NCBI RefSeq assembly: GCF_006345805.1
Contig: NW_021832430.1
Span: 124,001-188,000, forward strand
DNA length: 64,000 bases
Source of the DNA: Octopus sinensis
Taxonomy: Eukaryota
Direction: 5' to 3'
The position numbers were made by a program, and so were the translations under genes. The notes below the pieces were generated by a model, which had not been told where the DNA came from, did not search any database, and saw only the letters and a program-made list of their open reading frames with translations. Within the stretch, counting starts at the first letter, position 1; every line of letters begins with the position of its first letter. This document shows, piece after piece, positions 1 to 14,719 of this stretch.

Positions 1-226
1 GGGAATCACCTAAAACTATTTCGAACATAAAAATGCGGAAGCATACATAATTACTGTCATGCCCCTACTATGAATATAATAACGAAGTGGCCAGAATAAA
101 CCGAGCAATTTTACAGGGTTCTCGCAACGAATTGCTTTATTTTTATTTAATACAATTTACGCTTGATTTTGTAGTATTAATGACATTTAATTACTTTATT
201 AATAAAATGTTAGAGATTACAATGAT

Positions 227-3200
227 TTATTTATCTTTTTTAAGCAGCCAGGAAATCACCTCTTTATCATCATAATAATTTTCGGGACTTTTGGAAAATA
301 ATTTATCACCGTCTTTTATCATTCTTAAGGGAATCGAGTTCTATTTGATTTAATTAATGAACATTACAAAATTTTCCATCAGATTCATATTGTCGATCAA
401 CACCAAATCTTGATTCATAAAAAAGTATTTTTGAAATTGATTCTAAAAGTAAGAGCGTACTTATAACGGTCGAGCGACAAATTGCCTCAAGTTGTTTTCC
501 CACTAATGTCTTCCATTTTTTCCCTGCAGGTTGCTTTATTTCAAGTAAAGATTGCAGTTTGTTAAAATTTTCACCATAAACCGTCTTAAGCAAGTTCATT
601 CTGACATTGTTGTGATAGTTTTACCCTGCTTTCATTGACTGACGCATTTGACAAGTTGTTGTCAAGCGGCGAATTGTAATTACTGGACTTCTTGTGGTTT
701 TCTTTTTTGTTATTTTACTCGGAGTAAGGATTGCCGAAAACATTACAATTCTATCCTGGTCAAATTTTTCATCGAGAAATTTTGTCCCAATAATAGTGGG
801 TTCGTACCACTGCACAATAAACCCCGGTTCTAAAAGCTGCCATACAATAAATAACTTATTCGACTAGCAGACATTACTGGTAGAAAAATATGTGCTTTCA
901 GATTTTCTACCATGTCAGAATAGTCTATTGATAATTGAGACAGCAATACTTTTGTCAATGCATGCTAGAAAGGAGTGTAGAAAGAAAAGTCTGTGACTCA
1001 ATTTTGATGAAGAGTAGGGTGTGATTGGAGATAGATTTTCATGTTTTCCAGTTGTTGGAGGATCCATCTTGTTCTCAAAATGTTTGATTATGAAATTTAA
1101 ATGATTGTTACTCATTTGCTGGTATTGAGCAAAAATGTCTATTTTATAGTTACCTACTGTACCGTGATAGTTTTCATTTTCGGATTTTCGAGAGTATATT
1201 TCGGTTTTTTTCAATACGTGGAAAAAAGTCGGATTTATGTTTTTGACATCCATTTTTTGTGCTATTTTAGCATATTTATAAGGAACTCGAAAAAATTTTC
1301 TTTTCTACGAATAATTCTACTGCCTTTTCCATTTTATTTGAAAAATTTCTAGTTTCATTTATTGCATTATCTGCAGAGCTGATCAGACTCACCATTTGTA
1401 ATCCATTCCATGCCTGTAATTTAACATTAGAGCAGTCGATTGGAACTATTCTTAGGCCATCCTCTTCCTTCTAATAATTCAACAAAGAACAACCGTATTG
1501 GCCCCTTCTCTTTCGCTTGCACACGAAGCCACGAAAGTTAAGATCAACTTTTTAAGGTACCTAGATAGTAAAAGAACTCGATACTTTAAATTCATCCCGC
1601 ATTTAAAATATTGGGAAATTCCAATAGTCATGTGCTCAATATTATGATTGGAGATACATCCATGGCAGTACATCAAGGATTGGACATATCCTACCAATTT
1701 ATTATGATGATTACCAATTTCTAGATGAAATTCAGCTTGTAACAAAAAATCAGAATTTTCGATAATTTTTAAATCATCTAGAAGTTGAAACAAGTTTTTT
1801 TGTATTGTGATTAGACTATTTTTTATTTCTTGTGCACTATAAAAATGTCAATTATATAAAAGTGACTTCTCTTCGGGAAAAATAATCGTCTTTCTCAATT
1901 TTAGACAGTTTGTCCTAAATTTCAGTTTGATTAATGGCATCACAAAGGAACTGTATATAGAGTCTCCCTCATATAACGAATACTAGAAATACTTTAATGA
2001 CCCATACGATAATTAAAATCGCATTTTCTATTTTTACGAGAATAGAATCGATCATTAGAAGTGAGAAATGGTCCAGGAATGTCAAGTTGTGATCAGAATT
2101 TAAACAAGTGAAAGCAGCCAAAATTTCACAAAACGTGGCGGAATAATTAAACCCGGGCTCAATATTATCAATCCATTCCTTTAATAATTAGGAAAAAATG
2201 CCTGGAGTTCTAAAAGAATGTTTTTGATTCCAAGCCGGGCTTTCTCCTGAAATCGACACTTCAGCAAAAGCAGTTCGCAGAATCCATGTGAGTCATTTCT
2301 CTTCTTAAAAATGTCAATGATGCCATCGATGAAAGTTATCCACGGAGTGACGATTTCTATAATTATTGACTATTCCAAACCAATTATCGGGCCGTATCCA
2401 ATTTCTTCCTGAACAGAATATAGTAATGCAAATGTGTTTTCTCTCCAAACCTCGAAGGAAACTCGACATTGTTCGTCAAATTTTTCACTTCTAAAATCAA
2501 ATGAATTAATTAACATTTTTGAGTTTCCTTTCAATCCTTCTTTTTTGTTAAACCTGAGATTTTTAATTTTAGGAATACTTAGTGAAAATATGATTGAAAT
2601 CTTTGTAGCTCATTATGGTCATGTTTTCCTTAAAAATTTTGATGCTGTGTTCATTGGAACAAGTTTCTCGATGTAATTCTCCAAGAACAAGACGAAGTTG
2701 GAAATATATTTCAATTTCGATTGAATCTAAATTAACTTTTTACTTTTCACAGACTTAGTTGAGATATGCTTGATGTTATTATTGATTTTATAGCTTCCGT
2801 TAAAATTGTATTACATTTCTGAAGCACCAAATACTTTACATCGCTCAGCGGAATTTCGTTATTCAAGAAAGTTACCAATCTTGTATAATTGGTTTCAATT
2901 GTCTGATCTGCAGCTTAAAAATGTATTATCATTTGCCTATATTTCCGTGAATAGTTTCCTTGTATTTTGTATTAATTTCGTCATCTCCAAAATGTGTAGG
3001 AATTCCTTCGATCGCTGATGCCAATTTTATGAAGATCATTGAGTAAAGAAGATATATCGAATAATTCGTAGGAGTTTTGAATTCGTTTATATGCTTTTCT
3101 ATTAGTTTGGTATTCATCAGATATTCCAAAATCTCAAAAATTAGCACAACAAAAAACCTTTAAATTTGACTCTTCGCTTAGTGGACGAGCATTGATAAAT

Positions 3201-6200
3201 TTATTATATTGAGGAATTGGTTCGGTCGCCAATTCCGACCACATGTAGTCGTCGATAATCCATCTAAAAACAGTGATCGCTTCGTCCATCAATCCAAGTT
3301 TTAGTAGTGATTTAGACCTTAATATTCGAATTTTTATCACAAATTCCGCCTTTTGTTCGATATTATTATAAAATAAACTCAACAATGTCAACAATGGCAA
3401 CACCTAATAAAAAAATATAACGAAGTATTCACTTTAGTGTAGAATCCGTAAGAATAAAACAAGTTGGAAAGCCAAAATACACTAGTTACCAGTGATTCAA
3501 GATCCAAATCAAGATAATTATAATCGAATTCAAATCCGAATAGATTCACATATGTCTGACATCCAATTTCTATCAATGCATAATCCATGTCATCATGTGG
3601 ATATTGCCCAGACTCAGCCAATAGAGACTTTGGTTAGTTTTATTTATGACTACTTTAATGACGTTAGTTGCAATGAGTCCATAAACGATCTGTCTATTTA
3701 CATTTTTGTTGTATACGTATCTATATATTAAGCAATATTTAAACAAAGATATATAGATTGCCATTCGGGCAGCCAGAAGGTATTCATATAAGTCCCCTGA
3801 AGTTTTATTTAAAATTCCAATTGTTGAAAGTTCTTCGACCTTTTGAGCAATATTTTCAGCATCATTTATACTCTTTCGGTAACATGTAGTAAATATTCCG
3901 GCGACCCAGCTTATATAAGACTTTCTGCTAGAGTAAATATAAATATGTTGACTTTATGCAGTCTGTTTTTTGATGCAAGATTCCAAGCTCGGCAAAACAC
4001 TGACTAATATTTTTCCAGTTCTTTGTTTTTAGTGATTCGTCTAAACGTCAGTTTTCACTTACTACAAACCAATAGCAGCGTTGTATTTTGTTTCCACTTG
4101 ATTTTTATCAACATTCAGAGCCGGGTTCACTCTTATTAGCCCGATATTCATGCTTGGTGACTGTGATTCCACTGTTTGAAAAATATGATGAATAGTTACC
4201 TCCTTTTTCACTGATCAAATAGCAAGAAAATATTTGCTTGGCTTCATCTCTAAGTCCAATTGGTGATCGGTTGGGTGTTATTTTTTGAATTGCGTTTTTT
4301 ATGCTTTCGGTAAAATATTTTGTATATAAATGGTTTAGTTTGGTAGTTGAAATAACTTTGAATAAGTAAATAGACTCATACTTTCTTTGGTTATCAAAAT
4401 TTCTGTGCAATGCAGTGTTAGAGGGAGTCCAACAAGCCATGTTCGGTCGCTAAATATCAAGAACGAAACAAACTTGAAATAAGCACACAACTTAAGGCAT
4501 AACAAAATAGTCGTTTCATATTTTTTGCAATTGTAGGCAAGACCAATTACTTTTAGAACAAATTTTTTAATCCATAAATTATTCAAAGTTTGCATATCTT
4601 CAAAATTGCTGTTATTTATAGTGTGAACTAAACTTTCAGTAGTAATAACGTCCGAATAATATTCCTAGATGTACAAAAAATAATTACTAACATTATTCAG
4701 GTTTCGGGTCATCAATTGCATGTCCATTAATAAATTGCAAATAATCGACAGTGAAGTGATGATTGAATTATAGAATACCATGCCGGTTAGTTCTATGAAG
4801 TTTATTTCGACTTTTTGTAATAAGTTGTAGATTTTTTTGGCATTGTTTCGTAAGATTATCGGGTGATCCCATCGTTCTGCCAAAACCTAAAAAAATATAG
4901 TCTCATTATACAATGCTTTTCCTTAGAGCCGTAAAAGCTTTATTCAGTGTTGAATTAATTTTTTCGGAGTCTTTCAATATTTTTGTCTCCTCAATCTTTT
5001 CATCGTATTCATTCATCAAATTAGGACGTTCTGAAAGGACGTAACTTGATTCAAATGAACAAAATTCATTTTCCAATAATATTTTTCTAAATTTGTTATA
5101 GTCAACTATGCCTATTTTTAGTTCGGACATGTCTAGAATATTTGTTTAATAACGTTTCAATTATTGCTGTCCCCATGTAAAAATAAAACTGAAATTTTAT
5201 CAAAATATTTCATACTTTTATTTTCCAAGGCTTCTCGAATTCGATTCGTTTTCTAATGATGAATCTGTTTTGTTTCCTTGTCGAATTTGCAGAAAAAGCC
5301 TTTCTATATCCTTTCGCAGCCTGCAATGATTATATAATAACAAACGTTGGTGAATTTACTTCCTTCGTCGTTTTTGATCTATAAATATAAGCAGTAATAA
5401 AAACCATTTCCTGTATTTTACTTGTAGTCCTGTCTTTTATTTTATCCTAGTAAATTATTTCTGTTTTATAATTAACCTGTTGTGCCACTTCCTTTTTAAC
5501 AAATCGTCTATTCTCATATTAGAATGCTAAATAACAACCGATTTATATATACGGTGGTGTCATTTACCATATCGAGTAAAATTTTATATTCTCTTTCAAA
5601 AAATGCTTTTTCTAGACATTTGCATACAATTTCCAGATATTGGGAGTTCTTTTTAAATAAATGTACTAATATTAAGTGTTTAAGTGTCTACTTTCACGAG
5701 AAACTGTCTTTATAGGATAACTTATTATTCTCGCAAAAATGGTAGGGATATCTTCAGTTCCACTCAGTTGTTTCTCAATTGAAGTCACTGTTGTATATAA
5801 AATGCTTACTTTGTTTTCTGGCGTTTTTGTCGTTTATACTCATTGCCAGGACATGGTTAATATTGCTTAAGTAATGATTTTCTTTGGCATCCCCTTTTTT
5901 ACAATGAACGTCACTGAATGATGATATTATTGCCCTCGTTGTTTGGTAAATATAATTTCGAATGTCTTTATTTCCAAGTATGATCAAATTCTAAAACAGG
6001 CTAATAAGAATTAAGCAACTTTAATAACGTAAAGAGCAGTTCCAGATATTATTCGGGCAAAATTATTATTCAGAATTTTTGCGGTTAAAGATTTTTTAGG
6101 TAATTCTCCAATGACGACTATGACTTTTATTAAATCCTATGAAGCATAACCCACTTTAAAACTAACCTCAACAACTTTTTTATCATAGATTGATTTGTAT

Positions 6201-9200
6201 ATAAAAATTGAATAATTTGCGTATATTTTTGCAATTACTTCTACCACTGTCTTAATATCTTCCATAAATATCGCAAGGTTCAATACAGATTGCAAAAGTA
6301 CTCCGTATTTTAATTTTTTATACTAAGATGATATTTATTTTAAATACATATTTGTCCAGAAATATAGAGTTGGTACGAATCGCTGACATGTTTATTTTTG
6401 TTTTTTGTTCTTGAATTTCGGACAATATTAAGAAATTTGTGAGAAACATTTTTAAAGAAAAAGAACTGAAATTTTTAATGAACTCAAAGTTCAGTCTCAA
6501 AAATAAAAATAATAAATCTACTTGTATTCTTCAGAAGATGTAAAAAAATTAACAACATGAAGAGTGGATATGTTTGTAATGTTGTAAAATGATAGTTCAT
6601 ATGAAATCTGTTAGTTATATTAAACTAGTTGTTACTTTAGAAATATAACTCCACAAGGGGAAACATAAATTTTTGTATGACGCGCATATTTCTTTAGTTT
6701 GTGCCCCCAACTTACCATTAATTAAATTTCCATTTTTATCAAATGCTCCAACTGCAAATGCATACATCAGTCCCGGTTTTAAATTTTTAATTTTAATCAC
6801 TTGAGGACCGATCTTTGTTAAAAATTGTTCGCAGCCGTTTAGATCGTAGTCACTTAGAAATACCCGATTGTTTTTTCCAGAAACTCGCTTCCCAAACAAT
6901 CGAAGATAAAAAGCCTAGAAACAAATTCTATAGATAATTATACATCTTTAATGAAATGTGTTTTATTGACGGAAATCCAGATTTCATTTTCGCTCACTAG
7001 AATAACGTCGGGTTCTTTCAAAATGTAGTTCTGAGGAGGATCTATTGGAGGAGTAAAGAATGTCGAGTTTTTCCTCAACATTGAAATTGCTTTCTATAAA
7101 ACTCAATTATTCAGAATCAACGTTCAAATTGATTTCATTAATTTCTGATTTATTTTTTAACAATCTGGCAATTTTATAAAGCTGGTAGTGTTCATAATAT
7201 TTATTGCATTTTAAATTTGCCAATGAAGTTTCTATTTGACAACTAAGAATGTTTTTAGGTTTGTTTTTAAAATCTAGATGTAAAAATTATATTAACCATC
7301 AATTATCAAATTTACTTCAGCGTAGTATAAAATTAACTCAGAATGTAGCTCAGACAGAAAAATGGAATCATTTTCTGTTTTATTTGAATCCACCGTACTG
7401 CTTTGGTCTGAAGAATCATTCTATCAAATTTTTGTGATATTGATTACGCTGAATGCCGTTTGTAAACAAATTGAACATGTTTTTCTCTTTTCATTAATTG
7501 TTTTTAGTGCAGAAAGAATTAAATTAGAAACTTGTATACAATTTTCAAAATAAAGAATTTCGTCTTTATATTATAAATACAATATAACCTGAAACCAGCA
7601 TAGTTCTTTTTGAAGGGCAAACTATTAATGTATAATACCGGACGCATATCTCATAGTATATTAGAAAATGATTTTTCCAAATATTTGAATTGTCGAAAAT
7701 TGATTCCAATAAGCCAAAAGTGGGGGAAAGCTAAAATAACTAATAAAAAAGACAACCTCAATTATGTTACTGAGTAGAGATTCATTTTGTTTGCTACGAA
7801 AATCTTTTTGAAATCGCTTAACCTCAGTTAGAATATGTTCACAAATCACAGCCGTCGAATCTTCCGTAAGATCAATGTATTCGCGAATCTATCATTTTTG
7901 ACAATGTCATATATACTTTTGTATTAATCAAATATGCTATGGATTCCAACCCAGCTTGAAAAATTTTATATTTTTCTGTTTAAAATATTTTTGATTGATT
8001 TTACCTTCAATCTGCCGTTGATTAAAGGCTGAACTCTTGAGTGTTTTCATGACAGACAAAATATTCATCACATGATAAATGTAATCAAGTTTTTGTTCTG
8101 ATTCCTATAAATACACTTTTAATAATATAACATTCATATTTGCTTTGATCACTTGATTGAGATCTTCAAAATATTTAAAATTTTCTAGGTTATACGCAAC
8201 TTTAGCAAGTTCAAATACGGCATCCAAAGTAATAATATTCTCACCTAATCAAGATATTCCCAATCCGTAATTTACCTTCGAATGCGTGCTCCAGGATAGA
8301 GGTATTCTCAACGATGCATTTCATTGGAGAATTATTAGTTTTTGAATAAGAGCCTGCAATAAAGGAAGTTTCGTAGAATATACCAAATAGCAAGTATTTT
8401 GAAGCTTCGAATAATTCATTTGTGACCTCTAAAATGTCGGTTTCAAATTCCGTTCCTAGAGGTCCTGTTTCCAGTAATCGGCGTCTTCTTAATACCAGAG
8501 ACTCAATAATGGCCATGAACTGTGCGGAGGGACCATCAAACATTTCATTAAGTAATCTTTCGGTCTTGTTTGACGGCCATATCTATTCGAGACTTGTTAC
8601 ATTTATATTACATTTGCAGTGTCTTTGTAGTTAACATTTGTTTTTGGTTTTAAATATCCCCGTCCCTTTTTTCTGGACTCAAATACCAGATGACGAAAGA
8701 ACATCGTGTTGGTCTTAAATTATGATCGACGAAGAATTACAATAAAAAACGATTTTTTAAATATAATCTGAATTTCCTCTGTAAGTGGAGTTGAACTTAT
8801 TTTGTATAAGTTCAAAAGCTGATTGGACAGTTCAAAAGTTTTCCGCACTTGTTTCTAAATGTATTTTAAATTGAACTGTGCCTCAATCATATTTTCAATA
8901 TGTAAGTCAATATAACACTGAGACAGAAGAAAATTTATTGTAGCCTTCCAATATAGAAAGTCGATTCCCCTCAGCAATGTTTCTTGGTCCTCCAAAATTT
9001 CCATCGTGTGAATTAGAAAGGGAAGGGCCTGAAAATCAAATACTGATTTCTACCATTTTAGAACGACCCGAAGACATCAAAGTTTTGCAAATATTATAAG
9101 TCAGTGTACAGCCTAAACAGAATTAAAAATGCCTAAAATACACAGTTGTATGAAATGTCTTGGTATCCTTCACGACCGTGAATTTTTTGAATCGTCGAGT

Positions 9201-9764
9201 CCAAATGCTGTAAACATTTTTTAAGAACGATCAAGGACATCGGATTCATCAAGTCTGGGTCCTCAACTTTAGACATTTCCAATCGGCATTGAATGTAATA
9301 AATAAGGAAACGAGTCTAGAAAGACGAGATGATCATAAAAAAATAACAAAATAATGAAAGGAGTCTTGTTCATTTGACATAACCAAAGAATCTCCAAGGA
9401 TTTGATCAGGGTTGTTGAGAGAAATGTCAAAATAATGTAAAAGACAAGTCGAAATGATTAAATCGTATTTCTTATGACATTTTTAAAATTTTTATACTTT
9501 AATAGGTCGAAGAAACTCGCAGATCTCGACCAATTTGTCGTAGAATTCAAAGATCGGGACTGATTTTTTAAAATTTTGTATTATTTCCACTATGGTATGG
9601 AAACTACAATTCAATTTGGAATACTTTGTTTACTGGTTGAATGCTGTGTTAGGCTTTAAATTCTTTCGGTTTTTGGTAAATTGGAATTTTATATCATTCA
9701 ATTGCTTGCTGGCACATTTGACTATGTTTTTATTGTCGTAAATGATGTGAGGATTCGACTTCAT
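227..9764 (-). CDS. CFAP54: Cilia- and flagella-associated protein 54 (central-pair C1d component), roughly 50 tiny introns
   Basis: Hand-spliced frame from ATG 9764 to TAA 227. Motifs VFESRKK..WPSNKTERLLNEMFDGPSAQFMAIIESL..RRLLETGP and LKPGLMYAFAVGAFDKNGNLINGKLGAQTKEI match recalled CFAP54 segments. Four introns appear to use GC donors. Confidence 0.85.
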
Positions 9765-10187
9765 GTTGGTGTTATGGAAACATAATTTCAAATTATTTTT
9801 AAATGTTTTTAGCCTAAAAATTTAAGATTTTGTTCATTTACTTTTTTCAAATATCCAATTTATTTTAATGACTTAATTTTTGAAAATTTGGCTTAACAAG
9901 TGATTTATAAAAGAAGTTGATTTTATAACACAAAAAATTAAAAGACAAATTAGTCAAAATTGGTTGATTGATTACCTAAACCACATTATTTGTGACCTTA
10001 AATATAGGTTAACTAATATATAGGTTAACTAATATACTGTTCCTTTTTTTATTTGTATCGCTGTATTTCTGCCACTAAACTAAATGACAAGAATAAAGTC
10101 GGGGTTTGTTCCATTTTTTAATACTCAGTTTGTAAATCATTCTTTCATCATAAGTGGAGAATGTTTTCTTTTCAAACTTAGGGTACA

Positions 10188-10416
10188 GTTTGGCCCCAAG
10201 ACACTCCGCTTCCTTCGCTCGCTCGGTCGAAGGATTTCAAGGACTAGTCACGATCCAAGAGAGTTTTCTTGGCTCCTGGAACGTCTGTCGATTGCTGTGA
10301 TCCGAGGGAACGGCTTCGCCATTCGCGAGGCTGGCTAGGTGTCTCGTGAGGCCTTTAATTAACTTAGCTATCTTTAATTTCTTTCTTGTTTAATTGTGTT
10401 GTTCGACAAAAAAAAA
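10188..10416 (+). mobile_element. 3' fragment of CRE-like REL-endonuclease non-LTR retrotransposon
   Basis: GC-rich island encoding FGPKTLRFLRSLGRRISRTSHDPREFSWLLERLSIAVIRGN, homologous to the C-terminus at 45369-45986; ends GAC plus poly(A). Confidence 0.85.
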
Positions 10417-10646
10417 GTTTAAGCATTTAAATTACGGATTAGTATAATTTCAATAATAAAATAAGTTTCTGAACACTCGTTTAATCACTTATTTATTAAC
10501 TTTATTAATTAAGTTTTTAATATTTAAAATAAAATAAATTAATTTGAATAGATTGCATATTGTGTGCAGATTCCCGTATAATTTACTAAACTTTACCCGA
10601 ATTTCACTGAGAAAGCAAGTTAATTGCGATTAGATAACTTTTTTTA

Positions 10647-12169
10647 ATGGTTCTTTCTTCAAAACAGACTCAAGACTTGTATTTTTAGTAGTTACAAATT
10701 TCCATAGAAACACAGCTATTGCTGCATATCTCAAAACCGCCGGCTTTCAAAATTCCTATCAAGAATTTGTGGCAGAAGCCAATATAGTTGGTCAACCTAA
10801 CTCACATTGGCAGGAAGAAAGTTCTTTAAATGAAACCAAATACGACGACTTGCTAAAAAATAAATGGACTTCTGTCATTAGACTTCAAAAAAGAGTTTTA
10901 AATGTTCATAATTTTAAGGTTTTGGAATTAGAATCGCTTGTGGGTAATGTCAGGAATGAAGTTTACTTGAACGGGGACATAAAACGGAAAAATAATTCCA
11001 AATATTTTATTCCAATGTTGCCTGCCAAGTTGGTTCTCACAGGCCACCAGGGAATTGTCACCAGAGTTGTATTCAACGTGGTGTTTAATCAGATAGCATC
11101 AGCAAGCCACGATGGAACTATAAAAGTAACTGCTATATTTTATTTATTTAAATTATATTTTTAATTAAAAAATAATATATTAAAAATATTTGGAAATGGT
11201 CATTTTATTTGAATTTAATATTTTTGGTGTGGGATTTTGAAAGTGGGGATTTTCAGTACACACTTAGAGGTCATACAGGCCCGATTCTGGATCTTTCCTT
11301 TGACTTTGACGGGAAAGTGTTAAGTATAATATCAATAAGTCACATTGAAGGTTCTTGTTCTTGTGATATGACTATAAAACTATGGGATTTGGAGTCAAGG
11401 ACATGTGAGAGGACACTGTACGGTCACGACCACACAGTGTCCTCAGTGACATATTCCTCGAGATATATTGTATCAGCCTCACGAGATGGGACTGTTAAAG
11501 TATGGGATGTTTCGAATGGGTTGATATTGGTAATCATTGGTAGGTATTGTGTTCGGTCTATGACAGGACATGATGGTTGGGTGAGGATGGCGAGGGTCAA
11601 TCGAGAGGAGAGTCTTATTGCCAGTTGTTCTGATGATAAGGTACTGCTCTGTGTGGTTATATTCCACTAGACTGTTCGTATTTGGCAATTCACATCGGGA
11701 GAGTGTCAGGTGGTGATGTACGGACATGAGCACTTTGTGGAATGTGTGGCTTGGGGTAGTTCACAGGCTAATTCGGATGTTTGAATTTGTTGGTTACGAT
11801 TTAGGCCTGTTTGGTGGCTTCGGGATCGAGGGATAGAACAGTTCGTCTGTGGAATGCCCATTCTGGTTTGTGTCTTTGGATCATGGTGAATTGTAAGAGG
11901 GGTAATGTCTAGTCTGGACATGACAATTGGGTTCGCTACGTCTGCTTTGAACCGGAAGGGAATATTCTAAGCAGTGTTGCTGATGATGGGTTTATGAAGG
12001 CTTGGCAAGTGGAGACTGGCACTTTGGTCAAATCTGTTGCACTTCATGACAATTTTGTGACTTGTTTTGGTAGATTTTTGTTTTTATAGCCGTAGAATAT
12101 CATCCGAAATTTCCTGTTGCTGTGAGTTGTAGTAATGACACGTCTGTCCGACTTTGGGACTGTCGATAA
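10647..12169 (+). CDS. PAFAH1B1: Lissencephaly-1 homolog (LisH + WD40 dynein regulator)
   Basis: MVLSSKQTQDLNTAIAAYL..KWTSVIRLQKRVLELES, WD repeats (GHDHTVSSV, SASRDGTVKVWDV, GHDNWVR), ends WDCR*. Introns of 24-30 nt plus one 101-nt intron with a TG acceptor. Confidence 0.95.
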
Positions 12170-12914
12170 TCACTATTTTGTCAATTAAATATTTGTTAAA
12201 ATTTTTTTAATTGTGAACTTGAAAAATATAAGGCCTTTTCGATTACTCTAATAATGCCTAAGACCAGTGAGTTGATCCACAATAGTCAGACAAGCTTGTC
12301 TGGTCGCCGTCATCAACATGGGCAAGATACTTTGCTCGCTCGTGTTACATTCTAGACGATAGAATTACTCTTTTTAAGAGAAAAACAGTCATTTCATCAA
12401 ACTATTTCCTGGAAAACTACAGCATTTAACAAATAAAAAAAAGTGCAGCTTAAAAATGCGGGAGTGGATGAAGTGATCAGATTGTTTTGGTGTCTTGGTG
12501 TCTTATAAGTTATAAGAATCACATTATCTGTTGAAAGAAGTTTCTCGATGCTAAATAAACTTTTAGCGAAAGGCAGAAACTTCAAGGATGAAAATATTAA
12601 ACCTTATTTAATGTGTTATTTTAATAAATTTTAATTCTAAATGATATATAAGTTCCAGTAGAACTGACGTAAGGTGAATGATTTATTAGCCATGTTTTTC
12701 TGGGAAGTACGTGCTTGTGGATAAAATCCCAGCCTCTTGGAAAATTTTATTTAAAATTTTGAATTTTTGACTATTTTAATTTAGATAACTAAAAGTCCAA
12801 GAAATTTAAAAATAAGGTTTGTTGCTAAAAATCTGATTATTTATAAATTTTAGTCCCGATTTTTAGTTCCCGCCTCCAAAAAAGGGCCAAAAGATTGCTC
12901 AATTTATCTGGCCA

Positions 12915-13033
12915 TAACGTCATATTTTCTAATTATAAGGTCATATTTTCTAATTATAAGGTCAAAAAAGTCATATTTTTAAAATCATATTTGAATCATT
13001 TTAAGGTCATATTTGTGGTTGCCTTACTTATAA
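12915..13033. repeat. Short tandem/degenerate repeats (gtcatattttctaattataag x2 plus further gtcatattt copies), possibly a DNA-transposon end remnant
   Basis: Direct inspection; family not identifiable. Confidence 0.5.
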
Positions 13034-13164
13034 CGAATTTGATGCGTATTTCAACCCGGAAATGATAAGCCGTTATATAATTAGTAATTTAAGCATAAAT
13101 TTGATTGATAACGTAATATCGAAATAAGACACAATCTCTTGTTGCATACAGCCAACAACTAAGA

Positions 13165-14719
13165 ATGAACATTCCGACTTATACAAGAAACCGACTTGTA
13201 AATTGTGGATCATCCCTTATAACAGAAAACGACAATCTCGCACTACTGAGAATTATTGGCAAGGGACGACAGGTCAGGAATGTATTGAGAACCAAATAGT
13301 CTTTAAGTGCGGCAATTGTCCAGATTTTCAAAGCTAATGAGCCAAATTTTGATAAATGGACATATGATAACACTGGGATTGCCTGTGCAGTTAAAGATCA
13401 CATACATCGGTGTTATGCAATCTACTTATTTTCCCTTGCCCAGGTTTTTTTTAGTACCTTAGGTTCCAAGAATCGAATTTTATTGATAGAATCTCTGTAT
13501 TCGGGATTTCATTACTTGACTTTAAAACCAACATTTCATACATTTGAGTCCAAAGTTCGTGATTATGATTTACTTAGAATGCAATATATGGACTTAATTT
13601 CTCTAATAAATTCGAGGCCGAACATTTCTACCAAGTGCTCAGAGAGAAGGCTAGGATCAATCGTTAGAGTTACGTTTCATTTATATACACAGGAAAGCCT
13701 CAATTACCTCAAACCACGATATCCCCTGTATTGCCTACCGAAATTTCTATTCCTTCTCCAACAAATAAAGTAGACACGACAAAAAACAAAAAACCAAAAA
13801 AGTTCAAGAAAAAAGTAATCACTACCTCCATGGTAAGTGGACCTGAAGATTTCAAGTAAACTAGTTACGAATATCATCAATAGGCATATTTCTCATGTCG
13901 GGTGGGACCCTACCAAGGGATTTGATGTATCCTACCATTGCTAATGTAAAGCTTGCTCAAGCGGATCCTGCTTTGTTGGAAATAATTAACAATGCGGGAA
14001 TTAACACTAATCTCATTAAAGACACAGAAACCTTGAACTTCATCTATGACTTTATTGAGAAAAATGGGGGGATGGAAGCTGTTAGAAATCAGACTAAAAG
14101 TTCCTTTTTTATTTGAACTGTAGAAACTTCTCTCGGTGAGAAAAAAGTTGAAAACAAACCTCCTCCTGTTGCTCCGCCATCAATACCCTCCTCAAAACCC
14201 CCTGCTCCAAGATCTCCTGCTTCAAGGCCACCTGAGGCTCCACCAGCCCAGCCACCGTCAGTTCCACCCAAACCTGAAAATAATGTTGATGTCCCTCCAC
14301 CTCCTCCAATGAGAAGTGAGCGTTTGTTAACAATTCAGACCTTTCAAATGACTCCACAAACGCGGCACGTCCTCCTCCACCGCCTCCTCCAGTCTCTCTT
14401 TCTGTAGCAGGTTTTTGACAATTTGATAAATTAAATTAGCAAAGCCTGTCTCTTCCGCTTCCTCTTCTGCTTCTGCTCGCAGTGACCTACTTTCAAGTAT
14501 TAGACAGGGGACTAATCTGACGAAGGTACTCAATTATGAATTATATATTTAAGGTCGTCGAGGAGGACAAACCAGTCGTCGTTGAGGAAGGAGGGATCTC
14601 GGCTATGCTCAAAAAAGCCATCGAAAACCGTCACGATGCCCTAAATTCTGGTTTTTCTATTCTGACCAAATCTAGATGATGATGACGACTGGGCTGATAG
14701 AGATGAATGGAGTGATTGA
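13165..14719 (+). CDS. WASL: WASP/N-WASP family actin nucleation-promoting factor
   Basis: WH1 (FHTFESKNAIYGLNF), basic region, CRIB (VSGPEDFKHISHVGWDPTKGFD), poly-Pro, WH2 (RSDLLSSIRQGTNLTKV), acidic tail DDDDWADRDEWSD*; GT-AG micro-introns. Confidence 0.93.

Noticed and set aside
10004-10037. 16-bp tandem duplication atataggttaactaat
   Set aside because: Two AT-rich copies only; ordinary slippage.
12230-12360. Possible snRNA/snoRNA (ggcctttt..ctaaga, cagacaagcttgtctg palindrome)
   Set aside because: Lacks the U2 GTAGTA branch-pairing motif and a clear Sm site; insufficient evidence.
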